Positions 37,073 to 46,214 are shown, counted from the stretch's first letter. The stretch: DNA of 64,000 nucleotides from Elusimicrobiales bacterium (GCA_023701245.1 JAMPXK010000007.1:1733-65732); one strand, 5' to 3'. Numbers and translations are program-made. The notes: generated by a model not told the origin, from the sequence alone.

Positions 37073-37906
37073 ATGAAAACCATATTTAAAACCTTCACCG
37101 TGCAGAGCCTGGCGCTGGCCTTCTTTTCGGCCGCCTGCTTTGCGGCGGACTACAACGGCCTGGCCCTGGGGCTGGCCGCTGCCGCCAGGGAGAACGGCAT
37201 CTCCCGCGTGCTGCTGGGCTCTTTCTCGGCGGCCGCCGGCGCCGAAAGCGAAGCCGGCTACGCCCTGGAGAAGACCGCCGCCGGGCTCGCCCTGCAGCGG
37301 GACCTGACGGTCATGGACCAGGAATCCCTGCAGGCCTACACCGGCTCCCGGGAAGGCTGGCTCAAGCAGCTGCCCTCTAAAATGCGCCCCCAGGGTTTCA
37401 TAAAAGGCGCCGTCTTCCAGGACGGCGACAGCGTGAGCGTGATGATAAAGCTGGTGGACGCCCGCAGCGGCCGGGTGCTCCGCGCCGTGGAGCTCAGGTC
37501 CGCGGCCCGCTTCAACCCGGCCCCGCAGGCCGAACTGCCCGGCCTGAACTGGGGAGACCTGCCCCCCGTGCCCGAGGCGCCCAAGGACCTGCGCGACGCC
37601 CTTAACGAAGGCGACAGCTGCCAGGCCTCTTACCGGCACATGAACCGCCTTAACGAAGCCGCCGTGGACCTGAAAGCCCGCTACTGGGCCCGCAAGATGA
37701 AGCAGCCCGGCTTCGCGGCCGGCAGCCTGAGCCGCAACCCCGGCAGCGAGATCCGCGACAGCCAGGTAAAGCAGAAGTTCTACGAACTGCTGAGCAAGTA
37801 TTACGGCCAGGAGGAAGTTCCGGCGCTGCCCGAAGCCCGCCAGCGGCAGCTGGAGGACTTCATGGACAAAGAGAAGTCCGTGATCGACAGATGCGGGATA
37901 AATTAA
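37073..37906 (+). CDS. Secreted protein with FlgO/CsgG-like N-terminal domain
   Basis: Signal peptide; FIKGAV...VSVMIKLVDARSGRVL resembles the FlgO/CsgG/TolB-N fold; C-terminal helical domain with two Cys. Confidence 0.6.
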   Translation: MKTIFKTFTVQSLALAFFSAACFAADYNGLALGLAAAARENGISRVLLGSFSAAAGAESEAGYALEKTAAGLALQRDLTVMDQESLQAYTGSREGWLKQLPSKMRPQGFIKGAVFQDGDSVSVMIKLVDARSGRVLRAVELRSAARFNPAPQAELPGLNWGDLPPVPEAPKDLRDALNEGDSCQASYRHMNRLNEAAVDLKARYWARKMKQPGFAAGSLSRNPGSEIRDSQVKQKFYELLSKYYGQEEVPALPEARQRQLEDFMDKEKSVIDRCGIN

Positions 37907-37936
37907 GGGTTTGGGGCGAAGGGGCCAGGGGGAGTT

Positions 37937-38875
37937 ATGAACAGGAAACTTTTAATAGCGGATGACGACAAGGCGTTCCAGAAGATCATCGCGCGGGCTT
38001 TCGAAGGCACGGACTGGGAAGTGACCAGCGCCGATGACGGCGTGACCGCCCTGGAGCGCATAGCGGCCCAGGCGCCCGACGTTATCCTGCTGGACCTGAA
38101 CATGCCCCGCCTGGGCGGCCGGGAACTGCTGGCCCGCATCCGCAAGGACGCCCGCCTGGCCCTCATCCCCGTGATCATAATCAGCGGCGACAACAGCCCC
38201 CAGGAGCAGGCGGCCGAGTTCGGCCTGGGCGCCGACGACTTCATCTCCAAACCTTTCAGCACCCTGGAACTGACCTCCCGGGTGGAAAGCGCCAGCCGCA
38301 GGACGCGCAGGATGCTGGCCGCCAACCCGCTGACCTTCCTGCCGGGCGGCCCGGCCATAGAGGAGGAGGTTTCCCACCGCATCAAGACCGGCCTGCCCCT
38401 GGGCTTCTTCTATATCGATATCGACAACTTCAAGGCCTACAACGACAATTACGGCTACCTCAACGGCGACAACGCCATCAAGCAGGCCGCCGCCCTGTTC
38501 ACAGAGATCCAGAACGAGTTCGCCTCGGAGAACGTGTTCGTGGGACACGTAGGCGGCGACGACTTCGTGATGATGTCCGACCCCGGGCGGGCCGAGGAGA
38601 TCGCCAAACTTATAGCGACCAGGTTCGACGCCCTGGCCCCCAGGCTCTACAACAAAGAGGACCGGGAGCGCGGCTACACCTCCTCCAAGGACCGCATGGG
38701 CAATGTCCGCCAGTTCCCGCTGATGTCGCTCACCATAGCCGTGGCCACCAACGAAAAACGCAGCCTGGACCATTACGCCAAGATAGTGGACATAGCTTCG
38801 GAGATCAAGAAATACCTGAAAGGCCTGAAGAACCGCACCGGCAGCGTCTACCTTAAAGACCGCAGGCTGGACTAA
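37937..38875 (+). CDS. Response regulator with GGDEF-family domain (GGDDF variant)
   Basis: REC (DLNMP), ANPLTFLPG, DIDNFKAYNDNYGY, GHVGGDDF. Confidence 0.9.
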   Translation: MNRKLLIADDDKAFQKIIARAFEGTDWEVTSADDGVTALERIAAQAPDVILLDLNMPRLGGRELLARIRKDARLALIPVIIISGDNSPQEQAAEFGLGADDFISKPFSTLELTSRVESASRRTRRMLAANPLTFLPGGPAIEEEVSHRIKTGLPLGFFYIDIDNFKAYNDNYGYLNGDNAIKQAAALFTEIQNEFASENVFVGHVGGDDFVMMSDPGRAEEIAKLIATRFDALAPRLYNKEDRERGYTSSKDRMGNVRQFPLMSLTIAVATNEKRSLDHYAKIVDIASEIKKYLKGLKNRTGSVYLKDRRLD

Positions 38876-38911
38876 GCCGCCGGTTTTTATAATATAATCT
38901 AGGCACAAGTT

Positions 38912-39709
38912 ATGGCCAAGATACTTATTATAGACGACGACGGGATAGTGCGCGACGCGCTGACGGTATTCTTCACGCGCGCCGGGCACCAGGTCTTTTC
39001 CGCGGCCGACGGCGGCAACGGCGTGCTGCTGTTCAAGAACGTCGGTCCGGACCTGGTGGTGCTGGACCGCGACATGCCGGTCAAGACCGGTTCCGTGGTC
39101 TTTAAAGAGATCCGGGAAATCTCTAAAGGCACTCCGGTGATAATCCTGACCGGCTACGACGCCCCTGAAGACGCCGAAGCCTACCTGCGCGACGGAGCCG
39201 CGTCCTTTCTCTCCAAGGGCGACGGGCTTTCCGTAGTGCTGGACGCGGTGGACAAACTGCTGGGCCGCCAGCGCCCGCGCCAGGAAACGGCCGCCTCCGC
39301 CCGGCAGCCGGTAAAACCCGCCCAGGCGGGATCGAGAGGCCTGCTGCTGGCCGCCGACGACGACCCCGCCATCCTCAACATTCTCAAGCGCTTTCTCACT
39401 TCGCTCGGGTTCGAAGTGATAACGGCCGAGGACGGGACCCGCACCGTGGCCCTGGCCCGCGAACGCCGGCCCGATATCATACTGCTGGACATCCTCATGC
39501 CCGGCAAGGACGGCATAGAGGTGCTCAAGGACCTGCGGCCGGAGATGCCCGGCACCGGCTTTATCATGATAACCGGCAACGAGGACGAGGACGTGGCCAA
39601 GGCCTGCCTGAACCTGGGCGCTTTCGATTACATCGAGAAGCCGGTGAACCTGGACCTGCTGGGCAATATCCTGAAAGCCCGCATGCTGATACAGCGCTCC
39701 CAGGGCTGA
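38912..39709 (+). CDS. Tandem REC-REC response regulator
   Basis: IIDDD...LDRDMP and AADDD...LDILMP; no output domain. Confidence 0.88.
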   Translation: MAKILIIDDDGIVRDALTVFFTRAGHQVFSAADGGNGVLLFKNVGPDLVVLDRDMPVKTGSVVFKEIREISKGTPVIILTGYDAPEDAEAYLRDGAASFLSKGDGLSVVLDAVDKLLGRQRPRQETAASARQPVKPAQAGSRGLLLAADDDPAILNILKRFLTSLGFEVITAEDGTRTVALARERRPDIILLDILMPGKDGIEVLKDLRPEMPGTGFIMITGNEDEDVAKACLNLGAFDYIEKPVNLDLLGNILKARMLIQRSQG

Positions 39710-39725
39710 CGCCCCGCCGGCAAAT

Positions 39726-39755
39726 AAAAAGCCCGCCTCCAGGCGGGCTTTTTTT
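39726..39755. terminator. Bidirectional intrinsic terminator
   Basis: AAAAA-GCCCGCC-TCCA-GGCGGGC-TTTTTTT. Confidence 0.8.
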
Positions 39756-39773
39756 GCGCCTCTCCCGGGCGGG

Positions 39774-40661
39774 TCAGGCCCGCTCCCCCCGCTTCGCGGC
39801 CAGGGCGGCCAGTTCAGCCGTTTCTTTTTTTGACAGGTTAAGCCCGGCCAGGAATTCCGCCCCGGCGGGGCCCATCAGCGCGGCCACGCCGGCCAGGCGC
39901 GGGCGGCCGGGCGGCAGGGCCAGGAGCGCGGGCCCGAAAGCGAAAGCCGGGTGCAGGAACGCCAGCGCCCCCAGGTCCTTGAGCAGCCCCAGCGCCGGCA
40001 GCGGGTCGGCCTCTGAAAGTATTTTCACCAGTTCGTTGCGCAGGCGCTCCCGGCTTAAAAGGCCCGGCAGGCCGTCTTTGACCGCCGCCAGCGCCAGCTC
40101 CAGCGTGCCGCCTTCCAGCCGCCAGCCGAAGCGCCCCGCGAAACGGGCCGCCCGGTAAACGCGGGTGGGATCGTCCTGGAAACTTTTAGCGTGCAGGACG
40201 CGCAGCGCGCCGGCCGCCAGGTCTTCCAGGCCTTTATAAGGGTCCAGCAGCGAAAATTTTTCCGGGCCGTTAAGGCGCACGGCCATGGCGTTGCAGGCGA
40301 AGTCGCGGCGCCCCAGGTCTTCGGCCGCGGACAGCGCCTGGGAAACTTCCGGCAGCGCGGCCGGCCGGGGATAGGTCTCCTTGCGGAACCTGGCGAAGTC
40401 CAGGCGGCGGCCGGTCCCGTCGAAGAACCGCACGGTGAGGAAGGGCGAGAATTTTTTATGCGTGCCGCCGTACTCCCGCTCCAGGCCGGCCACCAGCGGA
40501 GCGGGGTCCCCGCTCACCAGGAAATCTATGTCCGCGCTGGCGCGGCCCAGCGCCCAGTCCCGCGCGCAGCCGCCCACGGCGTAAAGCTCCAGCCCGGCCG
40601 CGTCGGCCAGGGCGGCCGCCTGTTCCAGCAGGGGCAGGTCGTTGAGCGGGCGCAGCAGCAT
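39774..40661 (-). CDS. tRNA nucleotidyltransferase (CCA/A-adding family)
   Basis: VGGCARD...DIDF, RRDF, DDPTRVYRAARF, SRERL. Confidence 0.85.
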   Translation of the reverse strand: MLLRPLNDLPLLEQAAALADAAGLELYAVGGCARDWALGRASADIDFLVSGDPAPLVAGLEREYGGTHKKFSPFLTVRFFDGTGRRLDFARFRKETYPRPAALPEVSQALSAAEDLGRRDFACNAMAVRLNGPEKFSLLDPYKGLEDLAAGALRVLHAKSFQDDPTRVYRAARFAGRFGWRLEGGTLELALAAVKDGLPGLLSRERLRNELVKILSEADPLPALGLLKDLGALAFLHPAFAFGPALLALPPGRPRLAGVAALMGPAGAEFLAGLNLSKKETAELAALAAKRGERA

Positions 40662-41305
40662 CAGATCTTTACGAAGGGGAGGGTGTCTTCCTTGCCGGCC
40701 TTAAGGACGTCCACCAGCTTCTTCAGCCGGGGCAAAGCGTCGTTCCTGGCGTACAAGGCCTCGGCGGCCTTCAGGGCCGCGGCGCGGCCGAACAGGCCGG
40801 TCGGCATAGGGAGAGTGAAAGGGATGTCCAGCTCGCGGGCGGCTACCGGGTTCACGGGCAGCAGCTTCAGGCCTTCCTCGCGCGCCATGAACTCCATCAC
40901 TTCGGTCTCTTCTTCGCGGTCCCGGTCGTTCTCCAGCCTGGCCGTCAGTTGGCCGAGGCCGAAAAGATAGAGCGGCGCCGCCGTCAGGCCCTGCCCGGAG
41001 AAGAGGGAGGCCTTCAGGGGCTCGTAATCGGCGTTCATGCGCGCCACCCACTTTTCTTTTTCCTTCTCGTAGGCCTCGGGCATGACGAAAGCCAGCAGGT
41101 CCCGCTGCGGGTCGATGTAGAGGAAAGGCTCTTCGTGCTGCAGCATCTCCTCGCACTGGGGACAGACCAGCAGGTCGAACTCTCCGCTGAGGATAAGTTC
41201 CTTCACGTCGTGGTCGCGGTCCCCGCGGACCACGGTCCAGAAGTCCGCGTCGAAACTTTCCCCGCAGTGCGGGCACTCTACCCTGAAGACGCCTTTCGTG
41301 GCCAT
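40661..41305 (-). CDS. CpXC-domain protein
   Basis: CPHC...CPQC...FLYIDP pattern. Confidence 0.75.
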   Translation of the reverse strand: MATKGVFRVECPHCGESFDADFWTVVRGDRDHDVKELILSGEFDLLVCPQCEEMLQHEEPFLYIDPQRDLLAFVMPEAYEKEKEKWVARMNADYEPLKASLFSGQGLTAAPLYLFGLGQLTARLENDRDREEETEVMEFMAREEGLKLLPVNPVAARELDIPFTLPMPTGLFGRAAALKAAEALYARNDALPRLKKLVDVLKAGKEDTLPFVKI

Positions 41306-41306
41306 G

Positions 41307-42755
41307 TTACAGGCCCACTTCCCGGTTGAAGGCCTCTATCAGGCGGTCATACTCTTCCGCCATGGCGAAGGACTCGTCCCAGAAGGCCGGGTCCCAGAGG
41401 CGGCGCAGGTCTTCGGAGGTGCGGCCCTGCTGCTCCACCCAGGTGAAGTACTTGAGGTTGTGCACGGCTTTGCGGTCGGTGTAGGTGAGCTCCTTGAGGT
41501 AGTTCACGCTCTCGCCCAGCAGGCGGCGCTCCAAGTCCACCAGCGCGTTCTCGCGGGTGTACTTGCCCATTTCCTTTTCCATTTCCTTGAGGCGGGAACC
41601 GTAGAGGTCCATGGAATCGGTGAACACGGTGACGATGACGTCGTCTTTGCCCATTTCGTAGTACTTGGCGGTCTTGATGGCGCTGAGCAGGTTGGAGATG
41701 CCGGAGAAACCGAGCAGGGCGAGCTTCTCGATAACGTCCTTCTTCACGCCGTACTCGGCCAGCACTTTTTTACCCTCGGGCTCGTTGAAGAGGCGGGCTA
41801 TGCGCACGCAGGCCTCGTCGTCGATGGCGGTGACCACGTCGGTGTTGCGCACGTTATGCACCCACGGGATGTGCTTGTCGCCTATGCCCTCTATGCGGTG
41901 CTCGCCGAAGCCGTTATTGAGGATGGTGGGGCACTGCAGGGCCTCGGAGGCGGTGATCTTCATGCCGGGGAACTTCTTCTTGAGGTAGTCGCCCGCGCCT
42001 ATGGTGCCGGCCGACCCAGTGGCGGAAGTGAAGGCCGCCAGGCGGCTCTTCGGGCCCTTTATGGCATTGAAGGCCTCTTCCAGCGCGCTTCCGGTCACGT
42101 GGTAATGCCAGGTGGGGTTGCCCATCTCCTCGAACTGGTTGAAGATCACGCAGTCCTTGCGGGTCTTCTTGATCTCCCAGCACTTGTCGTAAATTTCCTT
42201 GACGTTGCTTTCGGTGCCGGGGGTGGCTATCACCTCGGAGCCGATCTCCTTGAGCCAGTCGAAGCGCTCTTTGCTCATCCCCTCGGGCAGGATGGCCACG
42301 GGCGTGGTGCCCAGCAGCTTTGAATCGAAGGCGCCGCCGCGGCAGTAGTTGCCGGTGGAAGGCCATACGGCTTTCTGCGCCTCGGCGTCGAACTCGCCCG
42401 TGACCATGCGGGGGGCCAGGCAGCCGTAAGCCGCGCCGACCTTGTGCGCGCCGGTGGGGAAGTACTTGCCCACGATGCCTATCACGCGGGCGTCGAGGCC
42501 GGTGATCTCGCGGGGGATCTCCAGCATGTTGACGGGGCCGAAGCCGCCGGTCTTGGGGTCGTTATGCCAGTTGATGCGGAAGAGGTTGATGGGATTGACG
42601 TCCCAGAGGCCGACGGGTTTAAGGGCCTTCTTGATTTTGTCCGGGATGAGGTTGGGGTCCTTCATCTGCGCGAAAGTGGGCATCACTATCTTGCGCTTGC
42701 GGCAGAGCGCGGCGTTCCTTTTAACGATGACGGGATTGACTTTGAGTTTAGCCAT
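41307..42755 (-). CDS. PLP-dependent enzyme, fold type II (cysteine synthase-like)
   Basis: PTGAHKVGA (PLP Lys), PSTGNY, TGSAGT, HRIEGIG. Confidence 0.85.
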   Translation of the reverse strand: MAKLKVNPVIVKRNAALCRKRKIVMPTFAQMKDPNLIPDKIKKALKPVGLWDVNPINLFRINWHNDPKTGGFGPVNMLEIPREITGLDARVIGIVGKYFPTGAHKVGAAYGCLAPRMVTGEFDAEAQKAVWPSTGNYCRGGAFDSKLLGTTPVAILPEGMSKERFDWLKEIGSEVIATPGTESNVKEIYDKCWEIKKTRKDCVIFNQFEEMGNPTWHYHVTGSALEEAFNAIKGPKSRLAAFTSATGSAGTIGAGDYLKKKFPGMKITASEALQCPTILNNGFGEHRIEGIGDKHIPWVHNVRNTDVVTAIDDEACVRIARLFNEPEGKKVLAEYGVKKDVIEKLALLGFSGISNLLSAIKTAKYYEMGKDDVIVTVFTDSMDLYGSRLKEMEKEMGKYTRENALVDLERRLLGESVNYLKELTYTDRKAVHNLKYFTWVEQQGRTSEDLRRLWDPAFWDESFAMAEEYDRLIEAFNREVGL

Positions 42756-42796
42756 GGGAGCCTCCGGTGTATATCTTCGCGAAAATCTTTTTTAAA

Positions 42797-44326
42797 TTAT
42801 ACCAATATACCGGGCTTTTGGCCTCGGCCGGGCAGCCAGAGCGGGAACAGGTACGCCTCGTCCCTGCGGCAGCCCTTGGCGCGCCCGAAGGTCCGCTCCA
42901 GCGCGGCCAGCAGTTTTTTCGGCTCCCCGGCAAGGCTTTCCAGCCCGCGGTAAAGCCGTTCGGTCGGGGCGGCGCCGCGGCAGGCCCCGGCGAGCAGCGC
43001 CAGGTCACGGCGCGCCAGCGCGTAGTCGCGCTTTTCCAGGGCGGAGAGCACCAGGTTCAGCGCCGCCCAGAGCGCGTGCCGGTACGGGAACGCCCCTTTC
43101 AGCGCCTTCAGCAGGTCCGCCCTGGCGCGGCCATGGTTCTTTTTCAGGCGCCAGACTTCGCCGCGCACCACCAGCGCTTCGCCGTCCCTGGGGTTGGCCT
43201 TAACCGCGCGGTCGGCCGCCGCCAGGGCGCGGTCCAGGCGGCCGGTCTTCATAAGCGCTATGGCCAGCCAGGTATCGGCATAGTAAGCTTTTTTAGCCGC
43301 CGCCGCCGCCAGGTCGGCGAGGGCGCCGGCGTAGTCTCCGGTAAAAAGTTTAAGTTCGCCGCGCCACGCCCTCAGCGGCCCCTCCTGGTCCGGGCAAGCT
43401 TTCAGTCCCTTGGCCAGCCATCCGAAGGCGGCCCGCCGGCGGCCCAGGCAGAGTTCGGCCTCGGCCAGCCGCCCGAAAGCGTCTCCCTCCGGCGGCGGCG
43501 AGGCCAGCGCCCTGGCGAAAGCCGCCCGCGCGCCGCGGTGGTCGGGCGGCAGGGAAAAAAGCCGCTTGCGCCCTATCTCCTTGAACATCCAGCCGTAGCG
43601 GCGCAGGTTGGCCGGGCGCACCCGGCGCCATTCGCCCAGCGCCTTTTTACGCGCCCGCTCCCAGGCCGGGGCAGGCCCGGAAACCGGCACGCTGGCCAGG
43701 TAGGTCAGGTAGTAACGCTTCCAGACATCCAGCCCCGCCGGCAGCCTTGCCGCGCAAAGCGCGCGGATGCGTCCGGCGCAGACCGCGGCCGGGTAAAGCA
43801 CGCTCTGGAAGGTGACCGGGGCCGCCAGGACGGAAATTATTTCGTTGCCGGCGGGCGCGCGCAGGTTCAGCAGGTTTTCGGCCAGCAGGAAAGCCGCCGC
43901 GTACTCGCCCGCCGCGAAGCGGGCTTTGAACAGGGCGAGCAAACCCGGCACCTCGCAGGACAGGTTGAAGCGCTTGACGTCCCCGGCGAGGATGGCGGCG
44001 GCATTGGGCGCCCACTGCGGCCCGAGGCCCCGCGCGGCCAGGCGCGCGGCGGCCGGCCGGCCGGCAACCAGGTAAAGCTGCGCCAGAACGATCTGCGCCC
44101 GCGGGTCCGCCGGCTTAAGGCTGGCGGCCAGCGCCGCGGCGCTCAGCGCGTCCGCAATTCTGCCTTCGGCCCAGAACGCCTCCGCGCGGACGCGCAGCAG
44201 GAAAGACGAGCGGTCTCCGGCGGCCAGGCGCCGCCCGGCCAGCGCCGCGGCTTCGCCAAAGCGCCCTTCGCGCATCAGGCTCTCCGCGAGTTTTACGGCT
44301 TCGCTGTCGGCGCCGGAGGTTTGCAT
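42797..44326 (-). CDS. TPR-repeat protein
   Basis: Repeated TPR-like helices (WRGELKLFTGDYAGALADL; ALVVRGEVWRL); Ala/Arg-rich. Confidence 0.65.
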   Translation of the reverse strand: MQTSGADSEAVKLAESLMREGRFGEAAALAGRRLAAGDRSSFLLRVRAEAFWAEGRIADALSAAALAASLKPADPRAQIVLAQLYLVAGRPAAARLAARGLGPQWAPNAAAILAGDVKRFNLSCEVPGLLALFKARFAAGEYAAAFLLAENLLNLRAPAGNEIISVLAAPVTFQSVLYPAAVCAGRIRALCAARLPAGLDVWKRYYLTYLASVPVSGPAPAWERARKKALGEWRRVRPANLRRYGWMFKEIGRKRLFSLPPDHRGARAAFARALASPPPEGDAFGRLAEAELCLGRRRAAFGWLAKGLKACPDQEGPLRAWRGELKLFTGDYAGALADLAAAAAKKAYYADTWLAIALMKTGRLDRALAAADRAVKANPRDGEALVVRGEVWRLKKNHGRARADLLKALKGAFPYRHALWAALNLVLSALEKRDYALARRDLALLAGACRGAAPTERLYRGLESLAGEPKKLLAALERTFGRAKGCRRDEAYLFPLWLPGRGQKPGILV

Positions 44327-44352
44327 AGTTAAAATTTAGCAATTCTGGGGGC

Positions 44353-44387
44353 AAAAAAATACCCGCCGGCAAGGGCGGGTATCTTTT
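44353..44387 (-). terminator. Intrinsic terminator
   Basis: A-run with ATACCCGCC/GGCGGGTAT stem after the 44402 gene. Confidence 0.65.
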
Positions 44388-44401
44388 CGCGCGGCGGCGG
44401 C

Positions 44402-45289
44402 TTACTTCACTTCCACGCTGGGGGTCTTGTCCTTCTTTACGAAGTTGTCCTTGGAAATAACGCCCAGGCGCTTGAAGCCCCACTTCAGGAAATACTTCTT
44501 GGCGCCGCGGTCGCCGCTTACCGGGTCGGCCGGCTCGGGCCGCGTCAGTTCGCTCTCGGCGAAGGTCATCGTATACCCTTCGGCGGCGGCGAAGGAGAAC
44601 TCCTTCTCGCCCTTGAAGGTATCGAAGAACACCGCGTTGTCCTTATAGAGTTCCACCTTTATGGCCACGTTCTCTCCGGCGTATTCCTTGGCCCACTTGT
44701 CGGTCACCTTGAAGGTGTATTTGCCGTCGGCATAGGAGAAGTCGGCGTAGCTCAGGCCGTCCTCGTCGGCCTTCATCGGGGTCCTTTCGTGGGAAGTCAG
44801 GGTGAACAGCGTGTAGCCGGGCTTGCTCTCGCGCTTGGCGCTGTAGCGGTAAGCGGCGGCGTTAAGGTAGAGGTCCAGCCAGGGCCCCTGCAGGCACATG
44901 TCGAAGCTCTCTTTTTCCCAGGGCAGCAGCGCGCGGTCGGCCATCTTTATCTGGCCGTACTCGTACCAGGTCATGCCGGGGCGCTCGCTGCAGTGCTGCA
45001 CGGGCTGGTTGTTGGGGCCCACGGTGGTATAGCACTCGGTCACGTATTCCTGGCTGCGCAGGTAGACCTTTTGGGTCAGGGCGCCGGAATCCTCGGGGCC
45101 GAACGTGAAGCGCACGCAGTCGCGGGTGGTGTGGGTGCGGCCGGGCAGGGCCAGCGGGACCTGCACATCGGCCGAAACGGCCTGGCCGACGAAGTCGTTC
45201 ACGCTCACGCCCTGGTCGAAGTTCACCTGGGCGCTGGCGGCGGCCGCCAGGCCGAAGGCCGCCGTTGCGGCTAATATTGCTTTTTTCAT
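44402..45289 (-). CDS. Secreted hypothetical protein
   Basis: Signal peptide MKKAILAATAAFGLAAAASA; four Cys; SD GGAGGA. Confidence 0.8.
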   Translation of the reverse strand: MKKAILAATAAFGLAAAASAQVNFDQGVSVNDFVGQAVSADVQVPLALPGRTHTTRDCVRFTFGPEDSGALTQKVYLRSQEYVTECYTTVGPNNQPVQHCSERPGMTWYEYGQIKMADRALLPWEKESFDMCLQGPWLDLYLNAAAYRYSAKRESKPGYTLFTLTSHERTPMKADEDGLSYADFSYADGKYTFKVTDKWAKEYAGENVAIKVELYKDNAVFFDTFKGEKEFSFAAAEGYTMTFAESELTRPEPADPVSGDRGAKKYFLKWGFKRLGVISKDNFVKKDKTPSVEVK

Positions 45290-45378
45290 TATGCTTTCAT
45301 TCCTCCGGATCTATATTTCCCCCCCGGAAAACTACCGGGTTATAGCGATATTTTACCTTATTTCCCGCTGCGGGCGGC

Positions 45379-45651
45379 CTAGGCCACTTTCACGTTCTTT
45401 CCTATCCAGACAAAGGCGGAAGGCAGCACCATGCACTGGCAGTGCGAACTGAGTATGGAATTGTGTTCCGGCATGATGTTCACTATGCCGTTGGTCCAGG
45501 ACACGTAGCGGATATGCTCCCCTTCCACCCATTCGTAAACGCGGGGGCCCACCCGCGGCATGATGGTCCACACCACCGCGTTGTCCCAGGGGATCTCCTC
45601 CGCGTTGGACGAGTACTTTATCTCCGGTATCTTGGCCGCCATCGAATCCAT
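45379..45651 (-). CDS. Small hypothetical protein
   Basis: 90 aa with host-like codons; SD AAGGAG; Trp-rich, HCQC. Confidence 0.7.
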   Translation of the reverse strand: MDSMAAKIPEIKYSSNAEEIPWDNAVVWTIMPRVGPRVYEWVEGEHIRYVSWTNGIVNIMPEHNSILSSHCQCMVLPSAFVWIGKNVKVA

Positions 45652-45679
45652 GAATTTCTCCTTATTTTATACCCGTGAA

Positions 45680-45816
45680 GGGGCCTGACGCGGGGGCCGG
45701 GTTAGCAAAACCCTGCCGGAGCCCGACGCTTGCGTAAGCGCGGAGGGCGAGGCGGGGAGGCGCGAGCACGGTGTGCGAGACGCCGTTTTTGCGTTCCGGC
45801 CCGCGTGGCGGGCCCC
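45680..45816 (+). repeat. Structured intergenic element, copy C
   Basis: GGTTAGCAAAACCCT...GAGCACGGTGTGC...TTTTTGCGTTCC; abuts the 3' end of rnpB. Confidence 0.8.
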
Positions 45817-45824
45817 GAAACTTT

Positions 45825-46210
45825 TTAGACCGCGGACTGTACCCCGAATTCTGTCCGGCGCCTTGCGGCGCCTGGAGGACCATTTATCTGTTGCGGCCCA
45901 CTCTGCGCCGCCCCCCGGAGGGGGCCGGACGGGCAGTCCGAGCGCAATTTTGGCCTTGCTTCAGGAGGGGCTTGCCCTGCCGCGCCGGTCTCCCGGCGCG
46001 CGGTGCGCTCTTACCGCACCTTTTCACCCTTACCCTTGCGGGCGGTATGTTCTCTGTGGCGCTGTCCGTCGACGGGGGATCTGGCCCCCGCCTCCCGGCC
46101 TATGCCGCGCACATATTATGCTGCGCGGTTTGAACCGGCACCCTGCCCTGTGAAGTTCGGAAGTTCCTCCCACCCCTCGCGGGGAGAGCGGCCCTCCGTC
46201 CGCGGTCTAA
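45825..46210 (-). ncRNA. rnpB: RNase P RNA (type A-like, lacking P18)
   Basis: P1 TTAGACCGCGGAC/GTCCGCGGTCTAA; GAGGAACTTCCGAAC, GCCACAGAGAA, GGTGAAAAGGTGCGGTAAGAGCGCACCG, AGCAAGGCCAAA, AGATAAATG, ACAGAATTCGG. Confidence 0.93.
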
Positions 46211-46214
46211 AGCG

